64,000 nt of DNA from Amoebidium appalachense (taxonomy: Eukaryota; Protista; Ichthyosporea): assembly GCA_963693365.1 (NCBI GenBank), contig CAVNZM010000012.1, positions 8,498,001-8,562,000 on the forward strand. Direction: 5' to 3'. The translations under genes were made by a program, and so were the position numbers. Under the pieces are notes generated by a model. That model saw only the letters and a list, made by a program, of their open reading frames with translations, was not told the origin of the DNA and ran no database searches. Within the stretch, counting starts at the first letter, position 1; each line of letters starts with the position of its first letter. This document shows, piece by piece, positions 39,800-59,898 of this stretch.

Positions 39800-41830
39800 A
39801 TGGCCGAAACATTAGACCCAATAGAGCCACTTTATTCTGGAGCTCGTGTCTGTTGTCTTGCATACATATTTGACGGGGTTCAGGGGGAAGATTTCACAGA
39901 TGACACCACACGTTGGTCTTACAAGAAGTTCGGCCTGAGCTGGGACACACAAATACTGGTTGGCACAGTAGTGAAAAGATGCAAGACAAACGAAGGCAGT
40001 GAATGGAAAGTAAAGTTTGATTTTGACGGTACCACAGAAGTAGTTCTGCGCAATCAGCTAACTTTAATAGATGAAGAAGACAATGAACACACAAGTAGCG
40101 AGCTAGAGAGTGATAGTGATGAAGATCCAGATGGAGACATCCAACAAGTAGAGATTCCTGTCACAGACAGTGAGAATGAAGATGAGATAGAACTTGTAGA
40201 TGAACAAGTAGAGTTACCTACCCCCACCGACCCCACGTGCACCTTGCAATGGACCATTCCAGATGAGCAAGTACTTGACAAAAGAACAGGCCCACGCAGA
40301 AAACCAACCATTCCACTAGCACTAAACAAGCGCAAGAGTGTTCTGTGTTTGTTTGAACACTTCATGCCTATGGAGTATCTCTTCACAGTAGTCATTCCAC
40401 TCACAAACGAAATAGGTCGTGCACGTTACAAAAATTGGGTTGACTTAACCCCGGGTGAGCTACTTAGGTGGTTGGGTATGTGGATTTACATGGCTGGAAC
40501 ATTCGAACCCGGCTCGAGATCGAACTACTGGACGTCGGCAGCAGAGAACCCAAGCCGCATATTTCCCGTACAAGACTTTGCCCGCTTCATGACCGAACAC
40601 CGGTTCGAAAACATCCGTGCCTGCTTTACCGTCACCGACATCACTCAATATCCGGAGGATCATCCACTGAAAGACACACACGGTTTCATGGAAGCACTGC
40701 AGAGTCGGTGCCGTTGCTCTATCGAGCCCGGGGATGAATTATGCGAAGACGAGGCCATCTTTGCCAGCTATCATTGCAACCTTCCGTGCCAAATCTACAT
40801 AAAACGAAAACCCCACCCTCTCGGTCAAGAAATAAAAACTCTACACGACTGTGTAACCAACATACTCATTAACTTCGAAATGAACGAGGGGAAGCTTAGG
40901 ATGGCTAGCAAACCGTACCGACAGTTGGGAGCTGGTGCAGGCACCACCTTGCGTCTTCTAACCCCATGGGCCAACCCCACCCGTAACCCCAGAACGATCG
41001 TCGGAGACAGCTGGTTTGGGTCAGTAACCGGGACAAGGGAAGTGTACAAAATCGGATTCTACGCACTTTTCAATGTCAAAACCGCAACCAGAGACTTTCC
41101 CCTCAACATGTTGGACCTTCTATGTGAGGAAGGACGTGGTGTATGGTCGGAGGCAGTGTGCAGTGTGGACGGAGTAGACCTCGTTGCGGTGTTATGGAGA
41201 AACAAGAACTACAGTATGAAAGTGATCACCTCATGTTCAAGTACTCAGCCGAGTCAACCGAGAAAATCACGAAACGGAAATGACGTCCCCCAACCGAAAG
41301 AAGTCGAAGAATACTTCGAAAACTACAACATGGCCGATATATCCAACAAAACACGAATGTTAAACGGATCTGTGGACGAGGCCTTGGGCACTAAACGTCA
41401 CCAACTCCGCACCTTTGGGGGGCTTCTGGGGTTTGTAGTAGCAAACGTACACTTTGCATACAGATACTTTGGCAAATCCACAAACACGAGCATGGACACA
41501 AGGCGTGAGCTAGCAGAAGCACTCATATGCAACCCCCACCTGCCTGCACTAGAATACCCCCTTCCCCCTGCTGCTCCTGCCCCCCATGCTCTACACGGAC
41601 ACCAGCGTGCCAGAAAAGAAAGAAAAGGTAGATGCGTTCTCTGCTTTAGGAACAAAGGGGAACGCCACCAGACACATACCTACTGCATCAAGTGTAATGT
41701 GTTTCTCTGCAATGATCAAACACGTGCATGCTTCGAAAACCACATCACATATGGTGTTCCTCCACGCACACGCACCCAAGTCAACAAAAACACAGGCCCG
41801 GTACGATCACGCAGAAACACTACACGTTAA
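39800..41830 (+). CDS. piggyBac-family (DDE_Tnp_1_7) transposase, intact and intronless, 676 aa
   Basis: Candidate catalytic aspartates lie in CEDEAIF, IVGDSWF and YNMADISN. Other family motifs are YIKRKPHPLG and MTEHRFENI. The C-terminal Cys-rich domain reads RCVLC...HQTHTYCIKCNVFLC...CFENH. Confidence 0.92.
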   Translation: MAETLDPIEPLYSGARVCCLAYIFDGVQGEDFTDDTTRWSYKKFGLSWDTQILVGTVVKRCKTNEGSEWKVKFDFDGTTEVVLRNQLTLIDEEDNEHTSSELESDSDEDPDGDIQQVEIPVTDSENEDEIELVDEQVELPTPTDPTCTLQWTIPDEQVLDKRTGPRRKPTIPLALNKRKSVLCLFEHFMPMEYLFTVVIPLTNEIGRARYKNWVDLTPGELLRWLGMWIYMAGTFEPGSRSNYWTSAAENPSRIFPVQDFARFMTEHRFENIRACFTVTDITQYPEDHPLKDTHGFMEALQSRCRCSIEPGDELCEDEAIFASYHCNLPCQIYIKRKPHPLGQEIKTLHDCVTNILINFEMNEGKLRMASKPYRQLGAGAGTTLRLLTPWANPTRNPRTIVGDSWFGSVTGTREVYKIGFYALFNVKTATRDFPLNMLDLLCEEGRGVWSEAVCSVDGVDLVAVLWRNKNYSMKVITSCSSTQPSQPRKSRNGNDVPQPKEVEEYFENYNMADISNKTRMLNGSVDEALGTKRHQLRTFGGLLGFVVANVHFAYRYFGKSTNTSMDTRRELAEALICNPHLPALEYPLPPAAPAPHALHGHQRARKERKGRCVLCFRNKGERHQTHTYCIKCNVFLCNDQTRACFENHITYGVPPRTRTQVNKNTGPVRSRRNTTR

Positions 41831-42383
41831 AGTACCTTCTGCCCACTGGTCAGTTTCTGTACATTGCGCAACACTCATTTGTCGTTTTCGGAATAGGGGT
41901 GATTTGTTTGGTTTTTATTCGTTTCTTCGAAACTGTTTGTGGTAACTAGATGCTAAAAGGGTTATTTGAAGTGTGTGTACCGAAAAAAACGAATTTGAAA
42001 GCTGATGTCAATGTTTCTCAAACGAAAAATGCACCTGTGGTGCAAAAGCAACAACGTGAACGTTTAAAGTATATCTTTGGCACGCATTTGTAACAAGTTT
42101 GACGTTTTTCTTGGCTCAGGCCTATGCCCTCCCTGTGCCAGAACCTGTAAAGTGCAAAATAAGCCATACCAACAAGCATTCCGAGAAATTATTGTAGTCA
42201 TGGGGTGCGCAAACACTACAAAGTTCTCCGTAAATTGATGCTCAAAATCGTTGAATGCCTACCATTACTTACTAAGCCACTACCCCGCCAAGAATTTTTC
42301 TACGGTTTTTTTGTGATGTGCTTGTTCCCTGTCACGTTAGGGTAAAATGGTGAGAAAAAGAGAGTAACACGTGCAAAACTGAC

Positions 42384-42754
42384 CCTGCCACCTACTGAGA
42401 TGGCTCCTTATTTTTCCTTACACATTCAGCGAACACTGGACTCTATCGAACCGCCGAGGCGCCGCGACAGAAAGCATGCACGCGGTCGCGAGAGTGTAGC
42501 GAACGTCTGCAGCGAACGTGAAGTTCATCGCAGCGCGTGCACACCGTCAGTACGTGTGAGAAACTGACCTGCCACCTACTGAGCTGGCTCCTTATTTTTC
42601 CTTGCACATTCAGCGAACACTGGACTCTATCGAACCGTCGAGGCGCCGCGACAGAAAGCATGCACGCGGTCGCGAGAGTGTAAGGAAAAATCGGAGCGTC
42701 TGCAGCGAACGTAAAGTTCATCGCAGCGCGTGCACACCGTCAGTACGTGTGAGG
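42384..42754. mobile_element. Two tandem copies of the same foldback element, separated by a target-site repeat
   Basis: The layout is aaactgac (42376-42383), element 42384-42560, aaactgac (42561-42568), element 42569-42754, aaactgac (42755-42762). The copies are near-identical to the 39088-39390 cluster and in the same orientation. Confidence 0.85.
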
Positions 42755-42843
42755 AAACTGACCCTGCGCCAGGCGTTTTTATATGATGACGTCATACAGT
42801 ACTCTGGTTGGAGCATTTATCGATTCGGGTCGGATCAACATGC

Positions 42844-42932
<89 letters not shown>

Positions 42933-43964
42933 CACACACACACACACACACACACCGTCACACACAAACATGTACGTACGCACGCACGCACACCCACGCA
43001 CGCAGTGGATGAATAATAGTGCACATATACTATTACTAGGCTAGTACTAGCAGGCTCTCCTAACATATTAGTGGAGTGGGCACACCTGCGGCATACAATG
43101 ATACATTGTCCGCACAACTGCACAACCTCACGCACACATCCATGCACAAAACCGACACAAAAACACACCGAGATACCTACGTATTGTTATGTTGGTGGTG
43201 GTGATTTTTTTGGGGGGGGGGGGGGGAGGAGGCTTGGGGCAGAGAATAATAAGTCGAGAGAGGAGTGAGTGTGAGGGCAATCTTCCAAATTTGAGAGGGC
43301 AAGCTTACTCCAATGTGTCTGTCTCTCACTCCCCCCCCCCCCCCCCCCCCCTGTCCCTTCTCTGTTAGGTTATAGCGTCTCAGACCCCTTTCATAGCCCC
43401 CCCCTTTGGATTGTTGTGACTGTTATTTACGCACCTTAGATATGCATGCATGTAGATAGCAGACATACGACACGTACATGCATATGTAGGACACGGCCTT
43501 TTGCCATTACTCATTATTACGTAACTATTACATCACTGTTACATCATGTCTTTGCATCTTGGCACACCACGTATTATGCCCCTGTAACGCATGAATAGTT
43601 GGGATAGCCCCTGCACGTGTACCAATAGTTTATGCATATGCACAGTGGCACGCGATTGAGAAGATTGACATTGCGTGTGGCATGCGTTTTGAAGATTGAC
43701 ATTGCATGTGTTTGTAGATTGGGCGTTTCCGATTGGTTGTTTAGTCACCCTTCTGTATATTCGGGATTCGTACTAGCCATATATAGACATTGTAAGTGCT
43801 TTCCCATTGGAACATGTGGTAGACAAGCACGCAACCAAAACTATATAAAGGATGGCATCGGTCGACCACAGACAGAGATTGTCCTCACATCTGGCGCGCT
43901 ATGGAGTTAGTAAGCTACTCTGGAGATACCTGTGTGTAAAGACACTTGAAGCCGAAGTTACAAA

Positions 43965-44772
43965 TCCCCTGCTGAGTGTTTTTGGTCTCCCTCCGGCGCG
44001 CCAGCGTATGAATGAATTAGGACTTCGCTTTTTTTTTCATTTGGTTAGGCTTCCTTCTTATCATCCTTTGTTGCAATTCTTTCCTTTTTTAGCACCTGTT
44101 CCCGGCATTTCTAATGTTCGTGCGAAATGTCCTATCCCCAATCTCTCTCCCATTCCGAGATATCCTTTTAAATACTTATCTTGTTTATTTTTCTCTTCCA
44201 CTAGTTATCAGCAGTATGTTACTTGGTTTCATACTCAATATCCTTTGCTTCATCGTTGTGATAAAGAGTATCATGGTAGGGCTCTTGAGCCTGTGCTTCT
44301 TTTTATATTAGAGACTCGTCTATTTTCTTTACAATCGTTGTGTAAATTAGCTACTTATATTTATCCTTCCTCTCGTAAACCTACCACACTTACCATTTTT
44401 GCAATTCTAACCCCTCCTTGTAATATAGCTTGGAAATGTTTATTTTGGCGCTGTAACCTTTGTTTCCATAAATGTTTGTGCCACTTTTGTGCAGAACCTT
44501 TTTCTCGTAAACACTTAGATAGATGTATTTATTTATCTCAGATTATTCCGTTAGAAATTAGAAGACTGGCTAGATAATCCTGATATTACGTCTATTGACT
44601 ATCTGTTGAACCACGGTATGTTTAACGATTTTTCTAGGTGTAGGATTATTTAAGTCGTTATCTCCTCCGTATCCGAGAGTGAGGGCTTTTGTATTTTCTT
44701 CTCCGGGATATCGGTGATATCTCGATGGCTTCTATTTTGCTGAGCGTATCAATAAAGTCATTATAAAAAAAA
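43965..44772 (+). mobile_element. 5'-truncated non-LTR retrotransposon (LINE family A), degenerate ORF2 C-terminus
   Basis: An 11-bp TSD gaagttacaaa flanks it (43954-43964 and 44773-44783). It ends in AATAAA plus poly(A). It encodes a CCHC-type motif (CHFCAEPFSRKHLDRC), followed after a stop by IDYLLN. Its 3' end recurs inverted at 60004-60600. Confidence 0.85.
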
Positions 44773-44859
44773 GAAGTTACAAAAGAGAGATCCAACTTTC
44801 CTTGAATCTTAGCACCACTCCCATCTTATTCCCTAATTATAACACTCCCCCCCCCCCCA

Positions 44860-45250
<391 letters not shown>

Positions 45251-46894
45251 CGCGCGCGCGCATGCGCCCCCCCCCCCATCTCTCTCTCTCTCTAAATGCC
45301 TCCCCCCCTCTCTCTCTGACAGTGTGTGTGTGTGTGTCTGCGTGTGTCCGTGTTTGTGTATGTGTGTGTGTGTGTGTGCCGCCCACGCTCGTGCGCGCGC
45401 TCGCGGGCGTGACACTGTGTGTCCGTGTGGGTGTTGTGCGACTGTATGTGTGTGTGTTGTGTGACTGTGTGTGTGTGTGTTGGGGGGGGGGGGGGGGGGG
45501 GGGGAGAGAAGGGGGGGGGGAGGGGGGTGAGCCTCAGGGGGGGGAGCTCAAAGTGTATTGTTGATGTTTGCCGATGATATACTGTTGCAATATCGGGCTC
45601 ATATTCCGGCTTGATTTCCTGCCAGGATTTTTTTTTAGCACTTCTCGTGTATGTGTTTGGTTTCTTAATCGACACACCCAGCTAACTACGTGTTTCAAGT
45701 TGTTGCGACACGTGTAGGGCCGTGCAAGTAGTCAATTGTCCTAGTAGTTGCTAGAACTGTCACGTGAGTTACTCGTTGACGTGTCAGTGCGCCGTGCTAG
45801 CTAGCACCTGCTAAATGCTGCATTCCATGTGCAGTATGTGCAGCAACATGTACAAGGTGTGTGAAAATGCAGGCATACTGAACCACCATAGTGCACGAGT
45901 CATAAATATGAGCATAATTCTGTTCTGTCAATAGAACTTGCATAAATACGAATAATAATCCAGGAGCCTCATAAGTTACCAAACATATGCAAGAATCAAG
46001 CATTAGTGCAAAGATAAATCAAAGCCTTTCCGAAAAAAAATAGGTTAGGGCAAGAAAGCAAAGTATCTGACTCGGTGACTGTGTGCACTCAATAATGCGA
46101 ACGGTTGTCAATACGTTGGTGCGGTATCCGAAGGCGGGGGGTGGATTATCTCTAAAACATGAATGGATGGATGAGTGGGTGGTGGTGGTGGTGGTGGTGG
46201 TGGTGGTGGTGGTGGTTGGAATATGTGTGTGCGTGTGTGCGGGTGGGTGGGTCACAGTGGGGGGAAGGGGGAGGGGGGGGGGGGGGGGGGGGGATTATTA
46301 TTGCTACCTTCGTAAATGGTTGTGCGAACATTGGTGATGTGTATGTGGGTGATGAATTTGAATTTAAAAGCGGCAAAAACCAATTGTCGAAAAGGCGAGG
46401 ATGGAAAGACAAACATAAAAAGAGTCTTTTTAAACAGTGGACACGTGCACATGCTCTTTTATTGTTATCTGTTTTCTCTGGGTACAACCGATGTTATTTT
46501 TGGGCGACTTGCCATCCCATTTTGAACATTGAGGCTCACAGAGAAATCGAGTAAGGTCCAAACACCCCACAAGGAATTGTAAAATACTCAGAGTGCCATG
46601 TTATTGCATTCGATTATATATACGAGGGGGGGAAAAAAACACGTCTAATATCTAGCACATGTACACGGTGAACTCTAATTACAGCCCTTTACCCCTCCCT
46701 CCCTCCCTTCCCCCCTTCCCCCCCCCCCCCCCCCCTCTCCCCAGGCTCAAGCCTCGGAAAAGCTGTAGGAAATAGATTTACATAAAACAATACATCCCGT
46801 TTCATATGATGAATGGGATTTGTTATTCATACGTACAAAACAGAATGAGCAAGCGTGAGCTTGTGTGTACCGGGTTGTGTGTGTGTGTGTGTGT

Positions 46895-47060
<166 letters not shown>

Positions 47061-47536
47061 GTGTGTGTGTGTGTGCACGCGCGGAGCGCGCGCGCGTACG
47101 TAAGTGCATGTGTGTGTTTGTGCGTGTCTGTGCACGCGCACGCACGTATGAGCAAGCAAGCACACACACACATATCTCGTCAAAGTTGTCTGGATTATGG
47201 TTTCATAAACGTGTCTGTATCGCACCCCTCCTTCCGTACCCCCCTCCCCCCTCCCCCCTCCCCCCCCCCCCCCCCCAAAAAAAAAAAAATGGTTGGCGCA
47301 CATTTCGCCTCATCTCCCTTCACCCCCTCCTTCCAGTGCCTCCACCCCATGACGTCACTATGACGTCAGGGCGTTGAGGTCGTGGATGGCCTGCACGATG
47401 TCGATTATGTGCTGCGCCCCACCTTCCATATTAGGAAACGTCCACGTGCCCTCTAAATTGCCTAAACCCACCCCCTCCCCATCCCTCCCCCATCCCCCCC
47501 CCCCCCCCCCCCCCCCCTCCCCCCCTTCCCCTCCCC

Positions 47537-47589
<53 letters not shown>

Positions 47590-47901
47590 GAAAAGAAAAG
47601 AAAAGAAAAACCACTACTGTAACCCACTGACATTGGCACCCACAAAAGCACACACACGCACCACTTCAGAAGTTTTTCCAATGCTATTCTTTTCCTTTGG
47701 TTGTGTGATGGTGTGTGCAAAAAGGCTACGGGGAGGCGCCAGGCCGTGGGGGGAAGGGGGGAGGGGGGGGGAGGGGGGGAGGGGGGGGGGGGGGGGGGGG
47801 GAGGGGGAGAGGGGATTAGGCCTTTTGCCCTGTCGCTCGGTTCAGTTTTGTTCCTACACCAAAAGACGCAAGTGCATGTGCCTGTCCTTTCGGTGGGCAG
47901 G

Positions 47902-47940
<39 letters not shown>

Positions 47941-48035
47941 TCCTCCCCAATTCGACCAGTGGAGGGGGCAAAGGGGGGGGGGGGGGGGGGGGGGGAGGCC
48001 CCCCTCCTCCACAATTCGACCAGTGGAGGGGGCAA

Positions 48036-48066
<31 letters not shown>

Positions 48067-48399
48067 AGAATAAATAAAAAAAAAAAAAGTTGAAGCAAGA
48101 GACACGTTAACAGTCGTTGTGAGAGATCACAGATCTTACACCAGCCGGGGGCCGAGGCCCGGGGAGAGAGAGGGGGGGGGGCGGGTTCTCATCAACTCGA
48201 AAGCGGGGGAGGGTGGGGGTGGGGATGGGGTGTGTGTGTGTTGGGGGGGAGGGGGGAGGGAGGGGAGGGGGGGAGGGGGGGGGGAGGGAGGATATAAACC
48301 TTTTCGTCGACTTTGTGCATATTTTGGGAAGAGGCGGTAGCAGGGACAGGAGGAGAGGCTGTGGGGTGGGTGGGGGGGGATATTAGGCACAGTAGGTTC

Positions 48400-48625
48400 C
48401 ATATATGGTTAAACAGGTATACAAGTATACCATATATGGTAAAAAGTAGTTGCAAAATGCCATATATGGTAAAACAGATCGGAAATTTAACGTATATGGT
48501 GAGATCAGAAAATTTAACGTATATGGTAAAACAGATTACATAATCTAACGTATATGGTAAAACCGATTTGAAAACCTAACGTATATGGTAAAACAGATTC
48601 GAAAATTTAACATACATGGTAAAAA
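48400..48625. repeat. Diverged 27-31-bp minisatellite (8 units, core TATATGGTAAAA)
   Basis: Cores end at about 48409, 48440, 48470, 48500, 48527, 48558, 48589 and 48620. Confidence 0.85.
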
Positions 48626-48734
48626 TGAACGTCAAATTAATATACTTGGCGAACACATCGGTTTAAGTAAAGACCTTTTACCTCTCACGGTATTAGGCTG
48701 TATCAGATATCCCTTGCCATGCATATGGTGACCC

Positions 48735-55922
<7,188 letters not shown>

Positions 55923-55951
55923 CCATGGTGTTGTGTCTGTGTGTGTGTGTG

Positions 55952-56024
<73 letters not shown>

Positions 56025-56070
56025 TTCGAGGGTTGGAAGTGGTGGCAATCCGGCAGCGGCGGTGGCGGGG

Positions 56071-56120
<50 letters not shown>

Positions 56121-56678
56121 CGGTTGAATGTGTCAGAAAGTTCGAAGTCCACATTCATAACGGACAACAACACAATTTGCAAGGCACACATAGAGATAGG
56201 CTGGTGATCTGTGCCGGGTTCACGTGAGAGAAAGCTCCCCCGTGTCTCTGTGAGTGTATCAGTGCATGTATAAGGGTGAATGTGTGCTCGTGTGTGTACG
56301 TGCAACAAGGAAACTGTCCGTCAGTGGCAGTGTCACACTATGCATGAGCATGTGTGTGTATGTGTATGTGGAAATGTATGCGTGCTCATCAGTGTATGGG
56401 CTCCCCAGTATAGATGTGCGTTTAAATCATGTCATGATCCTGGCGTCACCATCATCCCTAAAGCCCTTACCATTCCTTATGCCACCACCACAACTGAGTC
56501 TAACCCATACCGCCTAGATCGCTTTTTTTCTACCTACCACCTACGGTGGCTTGGCTGATCTTCCGTCCTACTTCGGCAAAGGTTTTCACCAATAGATTCA
56601 ATGCTCATTAGTTTAGGCTATATAATTGCGAAGCAATAATAGCTGAGAGGAAGGATAACGTTGTTGGCTGCGGCACGT

Positions 56679-56755
<77 letters not shown>

Positions 56756-58267
56756 AACCCCCCCCCCCCCCCCCTTCCCCTTCCCTCCTTCCCCTCTTCA
56801 CCCACCCTTCTGCCCTCCGACCCCTTCTTTCAACACAAATTCATTATGCATACCGACCTTCTCCGTCAACTCTTTTTCAAGTTCGTTTCTCCTACACTGA
56901 CACGTTCTCCGACCTCCTTTCTCACGTTTTGAACACACTCGCTCCACTCCTCAAGCGGCTGTGTGTGTCAGTTCCGTTTCGATGGACCCAAAAAACGAAA
57001 AAGGTGCCAAACTTTGAAACTGACGCGTCTGTTTGGAACAGCTGTTTGGAGCGGCCCAATCATATGTGTCCAAGTGGCTCACACAAGAGGCGAATCAGAT
57101 TCTTCCTTTTGTCACCCGATATGGTAACTCGAGATTGCATCAGCTGATCCCGGGCCTCCCCCCCCGCCCGCCCGGGGGCCCAGGCCCTCGGCACACACTA
57201 CACGGCATATAGTGAGACACACACAAAAACATAAAAGACAGGGAAGCCAGTATGGAAAACCCGTATCCCCCGTATAGGGGCCAAACTGCTACACACAATC
57301 GCGCTTCGTTGACCCCGGAGTGGCCATTGCCGGGGGGGGGGGAAGTTTCCTCCTGTCACATTATTTGTCACTATTGTTTTTCATCTAGTAGTGACCTGTA
57401 CGTGTCAGACGTATGCACGACGAAGCTCACGACGTGTTCGTGTACATGTCGTACAGTACATACATGAATTCAAGTTGTAATATGCACGAACATGTACGAA
57501 CTTGTATTGACACTTGCAGGGAGTTCTACTGAATTCATACACGAACACGACACGGAACTGAGTGATTGCCACGTGCACGTGACGTGGCACTTGCAATTGC
57601 AAGGATACTAGAGTCTACATCTCCCCTCAGCTCTGTACGCGCGTGTGTCTCTTTCTCCATTGGCCAAGCTTTCCCCTTTCCTTTTCCCGCATATCTTTTT
57701 CGACTAGTGTTGATTTCTCAAGACACTACTGTAGTGCGGTGTGTGCGGCACCTCATCCCCATGCAGTGACACTGTGCGCGCATGCAGAGGGCTACATGGC
57801 TGTGGTGCAGATCCCCGAGTCTTTACGTGACAATCAAGTTCGTGTTCGTGTGTGACCTTGTAAATGGTGCACAAAAGGCCACCGTGGTACTGTAAACAGG
57901 CACTCGTGCAGCGTTTGCACTGCTCACTTTTTTCTCCAAGTTGAACGGGACATATATTGCCTATATATCTATGTCGGTGTATGTCTTAATTTGGGCCGGG
58001 CAAAGACAGGAGAGCCATCAATATTGTCTACTGCGTGCTCGAGAGTGTGAACATATGGTAGGTGAGCCGAAACTGTAATTATTAGTGTGCGTGTCTGCAT
58101 ACAGCACTAGTATAAATCATGTACGCAAAATGAAAAGCCGTGGGACCAGGGTGTGCACATGTGGGTGAGGGACCCGGTGTGCATGTGGGACCCGGTGTGT
58201 ATGTCTGCTGTGTGTGCACGTGTGCACGTGTGTGTGTGTGTCCAACGGCCCGGTGTAACAGTGAGGC

Positions 58268-58298
<31 letters not shown>

Positions 58299-58696
58299 GG
58301 GTGTGTGCGTGTTGTGCCTGTGTGTGTGTTTGTGGGGCCCGGGGGGGGGGGGGGGGGGGGGGGGGGGAAGGGGGAAGGGGGGCACGTGCGCGAGTGGGAA
58401 GGGTCGACCTTGCTTGGATCTTCTGAATCATCTCAGTGTAGGCCTGCGCATGCCAGAAAGTTCAACTTGCTGCTTTTTACTTCTAAAAGGCTATTATTAT
58501 TATTAAACTCGACCTGAACAGTCATCACGTTGTAAGGTGTGCCCACACTGTCAGCCCACTCCAGTCTCCCCACTCATGCAGCTGCAGGTTAACGTTACTA
58601 TTGCAATTGGTCTACACAAAATACACAAAGTTAACGCTACCGTGAACATCACTAAAATGTCTACATGTATGACGGTTCTATGGCCCACAGCCCACC

Positions 58697-58891
58697 ATGG
58701 ACCCAGCCGACCAAGTCAAGAAAGTGGCCGCTACCAGCACCGCCTTCATTGGCAACACGCTGGGCCAAGTGATACCTAGCTGGCAGTGCCCCGTATGCCA
58801 CCAGGAATTCAAGATGTCTCAGTTCAGCGGCAATGTGGTGGACGGGCATGTGCGCTGTCCCAATGGCTGCAAGGTCACCGGGGAGGACTAG
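58697..58891 (+). CDS. Small zinc-ribbon-like protein (64 aa)
   Basis: The start has a Kozak-like context (CCCACCATGG) just after a cacag acceptor-like site. Codons mostly end in C or G. The Cys pairs are WQCPVC and VRCPNGC. Confidence 0.55.
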   Translation: MDPADQVKKVAATSTAFIGNTLGQVIPSWQCPVCHQEFKMSQFSGNVVDGHVRCPNGCKVTGED

Positions 58892-59898
58892 TAGGCTTTA
58901 TTATAAGCCCAGGCGACAAATTTTGTGTGGCACAGTGGTGAACCTGCACATTGCAATGGCCAAAGGTGACTTGTGCAGAAACATTGTGTGAGACAAACTT
59001 TGAACGTATTATTGTCTACCAAAAATGATTTGAGTACGGTATTATGGAGGTGTCATGGCAAGGGCTAGCTAGGGAGCTGACAGGGAACGTTGACGGTTCT
59101 CTTGTATGTAGCCTATGTCACGGTAATGTTGGGCAAAACAGCACGAAATATGACGAAAATGTGCTGTAACTGGGGTTGCTGTACGCAGTGGGGTTTCATT
59201 TATATGCTCTTCAAAGGAGGAAAAACTGGAGTTGCCATTCAAGACAAGATTATAGAATATATATATTCACAGTACTAGTGCCACGTGTGCAGGAAGAGTC
59301 ATTATTATGTCAGCAGCGAGAGAGAAAGAGCGGTCCTCTCGTAACGCGTTACGTATACTTACAAATACCAATACAAGGAGCGCCCCCTGGGCCCCCTCAT
59401 CCCCCGGGGCCGCTCCCCCCCGGCCCCCCTCCCCCTTCCCCCGGTCACCCGCAAGTTACATATAATCATATACTATATTCATATATATTCATATATATTC
59501 ATATTTTCATATATATATATTTACACCATATATTTACATATATTCATATATATTCATATATTTACATATATCTACATATAGCCCGAAATATCTCATACAT
59601 CGTAGAAATAGTTGGGAATAATGGGATATATATGCAAATAACGTTCACAGTGGCACAGGCTGTGCCGCACTGCCACTCGATCACGATACGAGATCAGAGC
59701 AAACTCGGTGCGGGCCGGGGGGGTCTTCCGGTCAAGCTAATGCGTGATCACATACCAATCGGCATGCCGGATTGATCACTCATTAGAAAAGCTCTGATAA
59801 GATCCGTGAGCCAGATGACCAATAGGATGCATTTGATAAAATGACGTAACTGCCGGTTTTGTTTATTTTCCCAGCAAGGCCTTGCATGTAAAAAAAAA

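Noticed and set aside
39088-42754. LTRs, or a single composite insertion, around the transposase
   Set aside because: The outer flanks do not match each other, each cluster has its own TSD, and there are no TG...CA ends, PBS or retroviral genes.
42384-42754. Retrozyme or hammerhead ribozyme in the foldback element
   Set aside because: I found no CUGANGA...GAAA core on either strand by eye. A covariance-model search would settle it.
43852-43964. N-terminus of the 241-aa ORF as a real gene start
   Set aside because: It lies outside the LINE's TSD, so it is a chance read-in from flanking DNA.
48400-48625. CRISPR array
   Set aside because: The context is eukaryotic, the core is only about 12 bp, the linkers are related to each other, and there are no cas genes.
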